Both the position numbers and the translations under genes were made by a program. This document shows, in pieces, positions 1-14,228 of a stretch of 64,000 nt of DNA; within the stretch, counting starts at the first letter, position 1; each line of letters opens with the position of its first letter. The notes beneath the pieces are model-generated. The model was given only the letters and a program-made list of their open reading frames with translations, was not told where the DNA came from and did not search any database. This DNA is from Octopus vulgaris (taxonomy: Eukaryota), in the NCBI GenBank assembly GCA_951406725.2, contig OX597835.1, positions 14,508,001 to 14,572,000 on the forward strand, written 5' to 3'.

Positions 1-25
1 TATGTGTGTGTGCATACATAAATAA

Positions 26-112
<87 letters not shown>

Positions 113-113
<1 letters not shown>

Positions 114-227
114 CACGTGATCATGTGACCGACCAGACCAACAGATGGTGTTACACATCGCTGGTCACAATGCATTCGCATTGTTTTAGCCTTTGAATGA
201 CGCCACCCCGCTGGCTAAGCGAGCAGG

Positions 228-230
<3 letters not shown>
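113..230 (-). mobile_element. 3' part of tRNA-head SINE family A' (GATCACGTGAT-ending tail), embedded in (TA)n
   Basis: Reverse complement matches the tail of the full copy at 40643-40947 (GGCCTGCTCGCTTAGCCAGCGGGGTGGCGTCATTC...GGTCGGTCACGTGATCACGTGA). Confidence 0.8.
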
Positions 231-282
<52 letters not shown>

Positions 283-325
283 GGGCGAGCAACAGAATTA
301 TTAATTATTAATTATTAATTATTAT

Positions 326-400
<75 letters not shown>

Positions 401-690
401 TCACATATATGTGAGTGATGAAAATATACATTGCCCACATTGGGTAATTTGATAAACGTTTTAAATATATTTCACTTTTTGTGTTTACGCTATAATTCTT
501 GAAATTACTCATGGTTGTAAAAGTGTATTAATATTACCGAAACAATTGACCTGGAATAAGTTTACTATTTGTTCCTTTAAGTTGAGCAAATAACCTTGTG
601 ATTATTGCAAAAGAAAAATAATAATAATAATCATGCTTACGAGCAGCTTACTTGGAAAGCATATAGGGAAAACATTCATTGCAATAAATA

Positions 691-754
691 AAGCCTTGTG
701 AGTGGATTTGGTAGACGGAAACTGAAAGAAGCCCGTCGTATATATGTATGTATG

Positions 755-828
<74 letters not shown>

Positions 829-1030
829 TGTGTCTGTGTTTGTCCTCTCCAACATCGCTTGACAACCGATGCTGGTGTGTTTACGTCACTGTAACTTAGC
901 GTTTCGGCAAAAGCGACCGATAGAATAAGTACTAGGCTTACAAAGAATAAGTCCTGGAGGTCGATTTGCTCGACTAAAGGCGGTGCTCCAGCATGGCCAC
1001 AGTCAAATGACATGAAACAAGTAAAATAGT
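691..1030 (+). mobile_element. 5'-truncated SINE family B
   Basis: Matches 39687-40127 from GCCTTGTGAGTGGATTTGGTAGACGG through the internal TA/TG microsatellite to the tail GGCGGTGCTCCAGCATGGCC...GAAACAAGTAAAA. Confidence 0.85.
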
Positions 1031-1452
1031 AGTAAAATAGTACATAGTAAATGCAGACCCTTTCTTTCTGCTACAGCCAACCTACTGCCGTTTCCACCAC
1101 CAACTCCTCTACGTCGTCGTCGTCGTCGTCGTCGTCGTTCTCTTCCTCTGTCACTGCGCATGCGAGCATGTGTCATGTGTTTGGTGTCCATCGATTACGT
1201 AACCTTTATCATCTTCAAGATGTTAAAAGTTACGCAACCATTGCTTGTCAATCTCAGGGTTCTTTTATCGACTTTTAACTTCTTTTGTCGACTTTTTTTC
1301 AGTATTTCCTTTTTAAATCTATCGTCTTTTTCTCTCCCCTTTGTCTCTCCTCCCCCCGTCTCTCTCTCTCTCTCTCCCGCCTTGTCTCACGATATAAAGT
1401 GTTACTGGAGATATCAACCAACCGATATTTATACCGGCTATTACATACATAT

Positions 1453-1483
<31 letters not shown>

Positions 1484-1723
1484 CACATACGTACATGTGT
1501 GTGTATGTGTGTGTATGTGTGCGTGTGGAGAGAGAGAGATAAAGAGAAAGATAGATAGACAGACAGTAGATGAATAGATACATATTTCATGCTTAAATAA
1601 ATACTGTTCTATATATATATGCATGTATATACATACATATATATGTATATGTATACATATGTATATACATACATCCATATATATATATATGTATATATAT
1701 ATATGTATATATGTATATATAGA

Positions 1724-1800
<77 letters not shown>

Positions 1801-1861
1801 ATATGTATATATACATATATATATATGTATATATGTATATATACATATATATATATATGTA

Positions 1862-1934
<73 letters not shown>

Positions 1935-2351
1935 GTATGTATATAGGTGCGTATATAGATGTGGATTTGGTTTGCCTTTTTGTTTTCATAAGGTTTCTTG
2001 CATTCTTCCTTGAGCGCCAGGCTTTCATCTCGTATAGTTCTCATGAGATTTCTCTTCGACTAGAAAACTGATGTGTTACCAAAATTCTATTATCTGCAAA
2101 CATTTAGAAGTGGCTTTTGTTGTTTGTTTCCTTTTTTTATACGACAAACAGTCATCAATTATGTATTGACCGAAAAACTAAAATATATATACTTGACCAC
2201 AGACGATTTTTTGTGATATTCCAGTGATGAGATGATAAAGAAGACATTTCGAAAGCGGTCCCTTTTTACTTGTTAGAAGTCTTTCAAGTCGATCTTTATG
2301 CGATGAACTTCGTCATACTTTTTTTATTACAAGTGTGTCTTCCATATATTG

Positions 2352-3302
2352 ACGGAGACATGAAATAAACCAACTTTAGGTTATTTAAAATATGCTTGTG
2401 ATATATTTCGACTTCTGAAGGTAAATTCACTGCAGCTGCAGCAGATAAAAAAAATTCTTGCTTTTGGTAAAAGGCATAAAAATACCATATCTGTTTAGTA
2501 TCTTCCCTTAGAGGACTTTCAAATGCATTTTTTGTTCTTTAGCTTTCCTTAGTAAAACATCGAGGCGCAATGGCCCAGTGGTTAGGGCAGCGGACTCGCG
2601 GTCGTAGGATCGCGGTTTCGATTCCCAGACCGGGCGTTGTGAGTGTTTATTGAGCGAAAACACCTAAAAGCTCCACGAAGCTCCGGCAGGGGATGGTGGT
2701 GATCCCTGCTGTACTCTTTCACCACAACTTTCTCTCACTTTACTTCCTGTTTCTGTTGTACCTGTATTTCAAGGGCCCGGCCTTGTCACTCTCTGTGTCA
2801 CGCTGAATATCCCCGAGAACTACGTTAAGGGTACACGTGTCTGTGGAGTGCTCAGCCACTTACACGTTAATTTCACGAGCAGGCTGTTCCGTTGATTCGG
2901 ATCAACCGGAACCCTCATCGTCGTAACCGACGGAGTGCTTCCATCCAGTAAAACATATTGAAGAGAGATAACTCGAGCACAATTCTGAATTGCATTTATT
3001 CCGACCAGGTCATCCGCGAGCGTAACTCGGTCACTGATATTGACTGTTTTAAGATAAAGCTACAGGTTTAGAATCGGCTTGAGTTATCTCTCTTTGGTAT
3101 CTCCTACCGAGGAAAGCTAAACAGACAGAAACGCGTCTGGGAATCCGCTAGAGGGAGATACTGATCAGATATGGTCCTTTTACACCTTTTACCATAAGCG
3201 GGAGTTATTTTGTCCTTAATAACTGCAGTGAAATTGCCTTTAGAAGTTGAAATATTTTACAAACATATTTCAACTAACTTTAAGTGAATTTATGCCTTGT
3301 CA
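2352..3302. repeat. Old diverged inverted repeat (fold-back/MITE-like), interrupted by a SINE
   Basis: 3081-3302 aligns by eye with the reverse complement of 2352-2560 plus 2957-2974. Shared blocks include GAGTTATCTCTCTT, GGAAAGCTAAA, AGATACT..CAGATATGGT, CCTTTTACCA.AAGC and CTGCAGTGAA. Confidence 0.65.
2562..2946 (+). mobile_element. Full-length tRNA-derived SINE family A with 10-bp TSD
   Basis: Pol III A box (TGGCCCAGTGG) and B box (GTTTCGATTCC). AGTAAAACAT is duplicated at 2551-2560 and 2947-2956. Confidence 0.9.
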
Positions 3303-3322
3303 CTGCTTTGCTTTGATACCTG

Positions 3323-3737
3323 TTTCTTTACTGCCCACAAGGGGCTAAACATAGAGGGGAGAAACAAGGACAGACAAACAGATTAAGTTGATTACATCGA
3401 CCCCAGTCGGTAACTGGTACTTATTTAATCGACCCCGAAAGGAGGAAAGGCAAAGTCGACCTCGGCGGAATTTGAACTCAGAACGTAGCGGCAGACGAAA
3501 TACCTATTTCTTTATTACCCACAAGAGGCTAAACACAGAGAGGACAAACAAGGACAGACAAACGGATTAAGTCGATTATACCGACCCCAGTGCGTTACTA
3601 GTACTTATTTAATCGACCCCGAAAGGATGAAAGGCAAAGACGACCTCGGCGGAATTTGGACTCAGAACGTAGCGGCAGACGAAATACCGCTAAGCATTTC
3701 GCCCGGCGTGCTAACGATTCTGCCAACTCGCCGCCTT
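3323..3737 (-). mobile_element. SINE family C (Deu/Nin-like central domain) with internal tandem duplication
   Basis: The minus strand starts GGCGGCGAGTTGGCAGAATCGTTAGC. It carries two copies of the GCCTTTCATCCTTTCGGGGTCGAT..AAGTAC-type motif, which resembles the Deu/Nin SINE domain. Confidence 0.85.
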
Positions 3738-4079
3738 GAATTGGTACCGTAGAGACATGATACCGCTTTGCTTTGATATCGTAGAGACATGAAACAATAA
3801 CAACGATCAGAGATAATGCAACAATTGTTTTACTTAAACCCAAATGAATAAAAAAGCAAGCAAAAAACAGCTCTTGGTGTGGAACCGCAGGGTTCCTAAT
3901 ACAGGTACAACACCGACATTCCGGACGCTGATGATCCGGTACCACTAAGAATCTACATCAGTTTACGAGCAGGGACTTCAAATCCTCGAGGCCGCCAGAC
4001 CAGTTTACTCGTACATTGTACAGACCTTCCACAATCATCGTCAACGGTGTGGTCATTTATCATAAGCCTACAGTTCATT

Positions 4080-4270
4080 GAAAACACTGCCATAAATGTC
4101 CTTCCGATTAAGCGCCGTTTCTCCAGCTGCCTTGCCACTCATGTCTAATCAACTCATGTCCAATCAACTCCTAATATTGTCCATCCGTTGATCTACTCTC
4201 TTTCACACTTCGTTCCGCGATTATGTTTTCCAGACCTCAGCTTCTCCGAATATGGCCATAATAGATGAGC
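4080..4270 (-). pseudogene. Decayed 3' fragment of an RTE-like LINE ORF
   Basis: Minus-strand translation LIYYGHIRRS*GLENII resembles the RTE C-terminal motif L.YFGH..R...LE..I. It is heavily degraded. Confidence 0.4.
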
Positions 4271-5285
4271 TTTTGTTTTTTTTGTTTTTTTTCACAATAC
4301 AGTGTTAATAAACTTGTATCATTTATATTAATGTACACGTACCTGTATTTCATTTATCTAAGTATATTTAATATTTGTTTAATTTAGAGTGTATTGAACG
4401 AGGTGACTATCCTTGGTTCGGAAAAAAATCAGTAATCCGGAAAAGCTTTGAAAGCAAAGGTTCCGGAAAATCGACGTTCAATCTGTATTTATAAATTCTG
4501 CTTTCTTTGTAGTTCGACTATGGAACACGTTTTGGAAATTCTATAACAGCTTGTTTCTCACAAAGTTCTCTCCGCTGAACATACCACGGATGAATGGACT
4601 CAGTTTTGGCTTAGCTACTGACAAATTAATTGCTATCTAGCATTCACACGCCAAGCTTAAAGAAGAAACGCCTTTTAGACGTGTTATAAATGTGATTTAG
4701 AAAGACATTTTCAACGGTAGAGATAGGAAACGAATGGAGCAATAGTGTTAATATTGAGCAATTAGTTATAAGTGAATTAACTCGAAACTCGATTACTAAT
4801 TGCTTTCATATATTATCAGTTCAATGCGATTTACTGGCGAGATAAGGACACATTTGGAGCGGTTTGTGATTATTCATTTACCGATGTTCCATTTCTAACC
4901 TACCGTGTGTGCTCAGATAAACATCGACCCTGAATTTTGCGCAAGAAACTTTTGAAATTTCCAGTAAATTGTGTGTAAAAGTGCTTGTGATTCGATTCTT
5001 CAATCACGATAAATCGATAGTATTGAATATGTATAATGATAATATTGTATATTTTATCTTTAGCTTGTTTCATTCATTGGACTTTGACAATGCTGGAAGC
5101 GCACCTCCTTGAAGAATTTTAGTCGAACATATCCACCCCCGTACTTTATTTTCAACTTCGGTACTTATTTTATCCGGTAATTTGTTTTATTTTTTGCCGA
5201 ACTGCCAAGTAATGAGGATGTAAATAAATTAACACCGGCTCTCAAGCGGGGATGGGGAGGGACAAACAGAAACACAAGCACAAAG

Positions 5286-5332
<47 letters not shown>

Positions 5333-5994
5333 TTCGTCGAGTTTCCACACAGTTTCCATCTGTCACATCAGTTCACAAAGGTGGGGGCACAGCCTAGAAA
5401 AGCTTAGCTGAACAAATCGTCACCAGCACTTATTCTGTCAAATGTTTTGCCGAACCGCTAAGTTACAGATCATAAGCAAATCAACACTAATTGTCAAATC
5501 AAAGACACGCACAAACACGCACACACGGGATTCTACCCAGTTTCCGTCTACTAAATTCACACATAAGGCATTGGTTAACCAAGATTATGTTGTGGCGATG
5601 CAAATTTCTTAGTCACACAGGTACTATTTTATTCTTTTCCTTCTTTCAGTCATTTGACTGCGGCCATACTGGAGCACCACTTCGAAGGGCGTTTTACTCG
5701 AACAAATCTACCCCAGGACTTATTTTATTAAGCCTAGCACTTGTTCTATCAGTCACTTTTGCCGAACCGAAAAGTTACAGGACGTAAACACACTAATACC
5801 GGTAAGCGCATACATGTGAAACAAGGTGGAAAAATATAGTACTCGAATACCGGAGGTAGAGTAATATGCTTTATTATTAAAGCTGCAAAAACATCACGAA
5901 AAGAAACTGCTACTCAGAGTTTCACGTTCCCGTTCCTTGGACACTTGTGATCACAACTGTCCGACGAACGCAGTAAATAGCAGTTTTTTTGATG

Positions 5995-6027
<33 letters not shown>

Positions 6028-6028
<1 letters not shown>

Positions 6029-6257
6029 TTCTTTACTACCCACAAGGGGCTAAACATAGAGGGGACAAACAAAGACAGACAAAGGGATTAAGTCGATTAC
6101 ATCGACCCCAGTGCGAAACTGGTACTTTATTTATCGACCCCGAAAGGATGAAAGGCAAAGTCGACCTAGGCGGAATTTGAACTCAGAACGTAACGACAGA
6201 CGTAATACGGCTACGCATTTCGCCCGATGCGCTAGCGTTTCTGCCAGCGCGCCGCCT
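6028..6257 (-). mobile_element. SINE family C
   Basis: Single-unit copy matching 50100-50327 in reverse complement, flanked by (TA)n. Confidence 0.85.
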
Positions 6258-6366
<109 letters not shown>

Positions 6367-6548
6367 GTATATACGTATATGTATATATATGGACAGGACG
6401 TCACAAATCGTAAAGAACATGAAATACGAAAACAAATGAGTTGAGTACACAAACAACGAGAGAAGCAAATGGAAAACAGGACAAGTAACATAATGAACGA
6501 CTCTTCATCAGTTGTCGGCTGTCTATCTACTCTTCATTTTGAGCATAT

Positions 6549-6595
6549 GCTACTACTACTACTGCTACTACTACTACTACTACTGCTACTTCTAT

Positions 6596-6653
<58 letters not shown>

Positions 6654-6660
6654 GCTGCTG

Positions 6661-6703
<43 letters not shown>
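6549..6703. repeat. (CTA)n microsatellite
   Basis: Direct inspection. Confidence 0.95.
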
Positions 6704-6704
<1 letters not shown>

Positions 6705-6706
6705 GG

Positions 6707-6990
6707 TACTCCGTCGGTTACAATGACAAGGGTTCTAGTGATCCGATCAGTGGAACAGCACTCTACGGACACGCGTATCTTCAACGTATTTCTCGGAGAG
6801 ATTCAGTTTGACATGTGAATGTGAAAAGGCTGGGCCTTTTGAAACACAGGTATTACTCGTTCTACTAGCTGAGCGGATTGGAGCAGCATGAAATAAAGTG
6901 TCTTGCTTAAGGACACAACGCGCCGCCGGGAAGCGAACTCACAAACTTACGATCGTGAGCCGAACACCCTAACCACTATGCCGCCCACTT
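6707..6990 (-). mobile_element. Older diverged copy of SINE family A
   Basis: ACTCCGTCGGTTAC..GAC.AGGGTTC matches the reverse complement of the 2562-2946 tail. A tRNA-like head lies at about 6920-6990. Confidence 0.7.
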
Positions 6991-7313
6991 TCACACACAC
7001 ACACACACACATATCCGCACACGCGAACGCGTATGGTGGTACAAAGATAAAAAGAAGAGCATCGTGAAACCGAGGTTAAAAAACTGAGAGCGAGAATGAG
7101 GCTGACGCTAATGGAAATTGGGATTAATCTTTAATGTTTCGAGCCTACGCTCTTCTACGGAAAGAATAAGGAGGAGAGAGAGAGAGAGCGAGAGAACAAT
7201 AGAGAGAAAAGAACAAGTGTATCTCAATTATACACGCACGCAAGCGCACACATATATATGTATATATGCTTATGAATATGTATACACGCATACATATATA
7301 CATACATAAATAC

Positions 7314-7369
<56 letters not shown>

Positions 7370-7437
7370 GAATATAATTATATATATATATACAGACGCA
7401 CACACACACGAATATATATATATATACATTCACACAC

Positions 7438-7471
<34 letters not shown>

Positions 7472-7508
7472 ATATATATACACGAATATATACATACACA
7501 CACGAATA

Positions 7509-7582
<74 letters not shown>

Positions 7583-7583
7583 A

Positions 7584-7615
<32 letters not shown>

Positions 7616-8277
7616 ATGAAGCATCTATAGAATCGTACCGTGGAATATTATATATTGTTATCAATATAATAGATCATACGTACAACATACATGATACATT
7701 ATTATCAATAGAATAGATAACATAGATAATATAATATATACGTTATGTATTATCGTCAATAGAATCATCCCTGGAACCTTTTCTACTGCTTGAACAACTG
7801 TTAAATATTTCACAAAGCGATGTGACAGCATTTACAGTTTGACTCGAAGTCGACCTGTATACAATGCTGTGTTTTGATGTATGCAGCTACATTAGTAATT
7901 TGTTACGATTTTGTTCTCGATTCGATAAAAGATCAAACGCATTGGGTTAACCGTTAATATAATGATAATTTGAATTGAAGCATAAATTCGAGCCCCCCTC
8001 AGATATACTGTTTATCTAATCTTCGATCAACAACCTGAGTTTAAACTGAAAAATGTGAGCGCGCGCGTGTTGCACGTTTAATATCGAACAATGAAATGAG
8101 AGGTCAACACAGCAACGGTAGATAAATATTCTTTATTCGACGGATCAGTTGAATAATTGTTGAGATATATATATATATTCGCACACATTTCATTCGTGAG
8201 GTAACCAAACTACCATTGGTTTCGTGTCGAGCAAGATATTTCTCTCAACAATTATTCAACTGATCCGTCGAATAAAG

Positions 8278-8413
<136 letters not shown>

Positions 8414-8518
8414 GTATGTATACATAACTAAAGGTTGTGTTAACTGAAACAGCTGTAAGGGATTATGATTAATTTGCTGTTAATAACGAATGTTTATTAA
8501 CTTCCCAATCACCATTTT

Positions 8519-8566
<48 letters not shown>

Positions 8567-8860
8567 ATGGCCACGTGACCGACCCGTCTATCACATGTTG
8601 TGACACTTCGCTGGTCCCAATGCGTTTTTCATAGATTTGTCCTTCGAATGACGTCAGTCTGCTGTCTAGGCAAGTATGTCGACATTCACGTTTTGTCGTC
8701 TAAATGTGTTGCGTGCAGCCAACAGAGCCCTCGTAGAAACGTTCTAGTGTTTCTTAAAAAACTCTATTTGCCTATGAGTGTTCCATTCAACTCTTCTGAG
8801 CTTTCATTTTTTTGTTCCTAAATGTTTCAAACTCTAAAGGTAATTTATGGACACCCTGAA

Positions 8861-9611
8861 TATACATACATGCATGCATACATACACACATACACTCATA
8901 CATACATACATACACACATACATACATACATACACACATACATACATACATACATACATACACTCATACATACATACATACATACATACATACATACATA
9001 CATGCATGCATGCATGCATGCATGCATACATACATACATACATACATACATACATACATACATGCATGCATACATACATGCATGCATGCATACATACATA
9101 CATACATACATACATACATGCATGCATGCATGCATACATACATACATACATACATACATGCATGCATACATACATACATGCATGCATGCATACATACATA
9201 CATACATACATGCATGCATGCATACATACATACATACATGCATACATACATACATACATGCATGCATGCATGCATGCATACATACATACATACATACATG
9301 CATGCATACATACATACATGCATGCATACATACATACATACATACACACATACACTCATACATACACACATACACTCATACATACATACACTTATACATA
9401 CATACATACATACATACATACATACATACATACATACATGCATGCATGCATGCATGCATACATACATACATACATACATACATACATGCATACATACACA
9501 CATACACTCATACATACATACATACATACATACATACATACATACATACATACATACATACACACACACACATACATACATACATACATACATACATACA
9601 TACATACATAC
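8861..9611. repeat. (CATA)n/(CATG)n compound microsatellite, about 750 bp
   Basis: Direct inspection. It accounts for the HTYI/MYVC ORFs. Confidence 0.95.
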
Positions 9612-9773
9612 GTCGAGCTTTCGCACAGTTTCACTTAAATTCCGTTGATCGTATCTTCTGGAGCCCTCATCGTCGTAATCGGTGGAGAACCAGGCCACGA
9701 GTACTATAGAATATGGCATATTAGTATATATAAATATATTTCGTTACTTATGAAGTAAGTTAGAAGTCTTCCT

Positions 9774-10009
9774 AATTGTAGGGCAAGAGCGAAAAGGGAA
9801 ATCGCGGTTTCGCCTCGGAGCGAGGCTAGAAGTTAAGTAAAGGTTTATGGAAAAGGAATCCACGGTTTCATTTCGCAGCGGGGGCGAGGTGACCGTCTCA
9901 TTTGCATTGTAATTTTATTCATTTCACATTCATCCTTCATACGTTTTATGTTCCCGAATGTCTTTGTATGTCCCCTCTGTAATTAGGCCTTGTGCCTGTA
10001 ATAAAGAAT
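9774..10009 (+). mobile_element. 236-bp retroposed insert with 18-bp TSD
   Basis: TAAGTTAGAAGTCTTCCT occurs at 9756-9773 and 10010-10027. The 3' end GGCCTTGTGCCTGTAATAAAGAAT resembles the tail of some family C SINEs (e.g. 17565-17590). Confidence 0.75.
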
Positions 10010-11107
10010 TAAGTTAGAAGTCTTCCTTATGTTTTCATTAAAATATTCCAAACATTTTCATTCTTACACTGTATGACTCGTATTAAACTTTATCTCCTAG
10101 TCTTTGTTCCTGAGACAAGATATGTCTTTGAGCTATTCTTGCAACAATATCAACTGTTCAAGTATTTTTGTTTCATTTTCAGTAAATTTTGACTAACTTT
10201 GGTAGATTTTTTTTTCCCAATACGATACAATACCATAATTCTATTTGTCTGAGAATCATACGTTAGTAAAATTTTTTCATACTATTCCATCGTATTTTTA
10301 AAAATTTTTCTGAAGACAATATTTTTCTGCATTGTTTTTGAGTTTGTTTTTTTCTTTCTTCCATGCTCGCATTTCTAGAAATATTGTTTTGATACAATAA
10401 GCTTTTTCAGTATGCAACTTTTACAAAGTTCCAATTTCAACGTATTAATTCCCAAGAGAAAACACCACGGAAATTTTCTTTACAAGACCCAAGTAATATT
10501 TATTTGTCTGATGCTTTCGAATAGGCCCTGTGAAAAAGTGCTGCAACTTGACCGAGTTGTTAAAGCATCGGTGAAGATGCTTTGCCGTTTCTGTTCCAAC
10601 TCTCTCCGCTGTGAGTTCTAATTCTACCGACTAAGTTTGTTTCGTTTTTTGTTTTACCCTTTCGGTTTCGATAAATTCACTACCCTTCCAGACCTCTGGA
10701 TTTGCACAATGGATATAACTTTGGAAAAATATGGCCTTGCAGTATCTATTGCTAGATCTTTGCGTTCTGATGTCAAGCTTCCACCAATCGTTGGTGTAAA
10801 GAGGAGAGACTTGCATAATTAAAACGCAGATGGGCTTCAATAAAAATCTTAGCCTAAGAGAGAAGCATTCCCGGTTCCGATTTATGGTATCACCATAGAG
10901 ACGGAAGACCTGAATATATAAATGAAAGAGGCACACAATGCCATGTGTGTAGACATATGCTAATGTCAACCATGGATGTCTCTGTATTAAATGTTAGTTT
11001 GGCGATATTGATTAGCTTGTTTCATTAGAGCGATCTTAAAGTTTTACAAATGCCTGTGAATATACGCATTCAGATACCAAATGCACAAACACATATATGT
11101 TCACAAA

Positions 11108-11412
11108 GGCGACGAGGAGCTGGCAGAACCGTTTGCACGCCGGGCAAAATGCTTAGCGGTATTTCGTCTGCCGTTACCTTCTGAATTCAAATTCCGCCGA
11201 GGTCGACTTTGCCTTTCAACCTTTCGGGGTCGATTAAATAAGTACCAGTTACGCACTGGAGTCGATATAATCGACTTAATCCGTTTGTCTGTCCTTGTTT
11301 GTCCTCTCTGTGTTTAGCCCCTTGTGGGTAGTAAAGAAATAGGTATTTCGTCTTTCACCCGTCTTTACGTTCTGAGTTCAAATTCCGTCGAGGTCGACTT
11401 TGCCTTTCATCC
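11108..11412 (+). mobile_element. SINE family C plus partial second unit
   Basis: GGCGACGAGGAGCTGGCAGAA...GAGTTCAAATTCCG.CGAGGTCGACTTTGCCTTTCA. Confidence 0.85.
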
Positions 11413-11603
11413 ACACAAACCTCTGTTTATTTCACCAGAAGCGATACATTAACTGCCTCGATACAAATGTAGTGTATACTTTAATACGAAAGGATCCAAT
11501 TTCAGTGTATATTTCAAAATTAGCCCACGCTCAATTTACTTGCTGATAATCGGAAAGGAGTATTGTGTCTTGTAATTTATCGTTTCTGGTGAATCAACAG
11601 AGG

Positions 11604-11668
<65 letters not shown>

Positions 11669-11967
11669 GTGTGTGTGTGTGTGTGTGTGTATAAATTGTT
11701 CAATTAAATGGAGCCGCCTGAAACGGTCGTACTGCATCACTGCTTGATAACCTGTTGCTTATATATATATAGTATCAATGTGATAATCACCAGCTAGCCG
11801 GTTCTGTGTGTATCACGTAAGGCTAGAGATGGGAACGAAGATTTCCTTTCGCAAATACTAATTAGACACAGACAGTGTGTCGTCAGCCAGCTGGAGGAGA
11901 TGTCTTCCTGAAGTTATAAACAACAGTAGCATCGTCCCCTAGGAGGCAAACATACTTCACGATACAT

Positions 11968-12024
<57 letters not shown>

Positions 12025-13299
12025 TATACATATATATATGTCCTCATACACATACACACACGTGTGCGCGTATGTATGGGAGTGTATTTTGCGTTGGTAT
12101 TTGTATATTATGCATATCTGTAATTGCGTGTTTGCTTGCGTCTGTATGCCGGTGTATATAAACACTACACAGACATACAAAACACGAAGATATTGCAGGA
12201 ATGAACAACACGACTATCAATCTATCTTGCTACGTTCAGAGCTACAGCTATCCCAGAAAACGATGGTAATGCTCTCATTCATCAGGCAATTAACCAATAT
12301 ACATCGACTGACACTTAAGAGATGGACTATATTACACGATGACAGCGTCTTCAACGTTAACTGACATCGCTGACATTGGTGAATTTATGCCAGTCTACAG
12401 AGATAGGAATTTAATATCACGCTCCGTTCTTTTGTAATTATGCTCGTCAATATTTTCTTTTCATTTTAATCAATCAGCTCCGAAAGAAGGAGAATGTGGC
12501 TAATATGAAGTATCTGTTTATCATTGTGTGTTGTTGGTTCGCTTTTGCTTTGTCTCTTTGATGAAAGAGTCGGTCGTAGCGGACGCGGTTGTGATGTCAG
12601 GTAGTGAGTCTCGGTCGTTTCTTTAGATCTGGTGGCGCCCAGTCACTCTATAGATCTGACTACGGCCGGTTTCTGCCAGAAAGAGAGAGATAGAAAGCGA
12701 AGAGAGTGAGTGAGTGAATGAGTGAGAGAGAGAGAGAGAAAGAGAAACTGAGTGTGAAAGACAGAGATAGATCGCGAGAGAAAGAAGGAGATAGAATGAG
12801 TGAGAGAAACGGATAGAACGCGCGCGCGCATGTTTGTGTGAGAGAGGGAGAGGAAGAGAGAGAGGGAGAGGAAGAGAGAGAGGGAGGCGGAGAGAGAGAA
12901 AGACAAACTGAGTGTGAACGACTGCGTGAGAGCGAAGGTGGAACATTGCTATTGAGAGAAACAGTAACTATGTTGAAAAGTAGGGATGTGATCCACAGAG
13001 GACCAGCTTCATTTTGATGTGTGATACATGTTCCTGTGTGGGTAATTATTTTATTTTTTATGATCGTATGTGCAACACTCTGTTTGGCCCTGCCTCTTCA
13101 TTATACTGCGAAGAAATAATCCGAAGAGAATGCAAACGGCAAACATGACTCTACCACGATGTAACTGTCTTTTGGTGTTTTTTTCTTCTTTCTTTCAGTT
13201 TTAACGGGTACCGCTGTCAATTAACCGGATCAAAAATACCACAGAATTTTGAGCGTAGGTGTATTTGATCAGGATCGATCAACGACAGAACTGCAACAA

Positions 13300-13349
<50 letters not shown>

Positions 13350-14137
13350 GCGCATGTGTGTGTGTGCATGTGTGCATGCTTGTATGTTTGCACGATGATC
13401 TTGTTCACAGTTTCCGTCTATCAAATTCTCTCACAAAGCTTAGGATGGATTGAACCTGAGACCATGTGGTTACGAAGCGAAGAAACAGCAAGCAAAAACT
13501 CCCTTAAATTACACCCTAAAGTCTAACAAAAAGAACACATTGCATATTGTATTAAAAAGAGAATGGAATGTCGCGGTTGGAATGCTTTTGAGCGTAAGTG
13601 TATTTGATCAGGATCGATCAACGACAGAACTGCCACAAAAATAACAATCGCCATCAGCCACAGTGTCATGTGACTAGATCTTTGTTTCGTATTCCAAGAT
13701 CTTTGGTTATCTCTTGATTCACTGAAACCCCATAAATTAAATAGATATTAGGTTAATTAAACATGAAAAACATAACGACACTGCATAAAATTAAATCTGT
13801 CTTTGAGATTGTGTGCGCGATTTTACAAACAAAAATAATCAGATAATTGCGTTACAATAGATTCCGTATAAAGACATTCCTTTTACGAAGAATGTTTACA
13901 ATAAACTATGTTTTCTAAAGAAATGTTCTTCATGTTATCCCTTAAATGATATTCTTTTTAAGAGCTTCCAATCCTGTTTGCCATTCCTCTTTTAATAGTT
14001 TACACAAAACTCTTCAAATTGTTTAGTCAGACTTTTTTCTTCTTGTGAGGTATTCACGTTTTAAAAACCGACACATCCATACGTTTAAATAAATAAATAA
14101 ATAAATAAATACAAACATACACAGACACGCACACATA

Positions 14138-14228
<91 letters not shown>

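Noticed and set aside
2562-2640. SINE heads as functional tRNA genes
   Set aside because: They have A and B boxes but continue into SINE bodies with TSDs and lack a complete cloverleaf.
6390-6546. CTGATGA on the minus strand (about 6514-6521) as a hammerhead
   Set aside because: No downstream helix II plus GAAA is present, and a permuted fold lacks convincing helices I and III. It is probably a repeat, since its start recurs at about 26757, but a ribozyme is unsupported.
10631-10969. Overlapping ORFs in unique sequence as an exon
   Set aside because: No recognisable domain, and splice-like signals occur on both strands. It cannot be supported without RNA or homology data.
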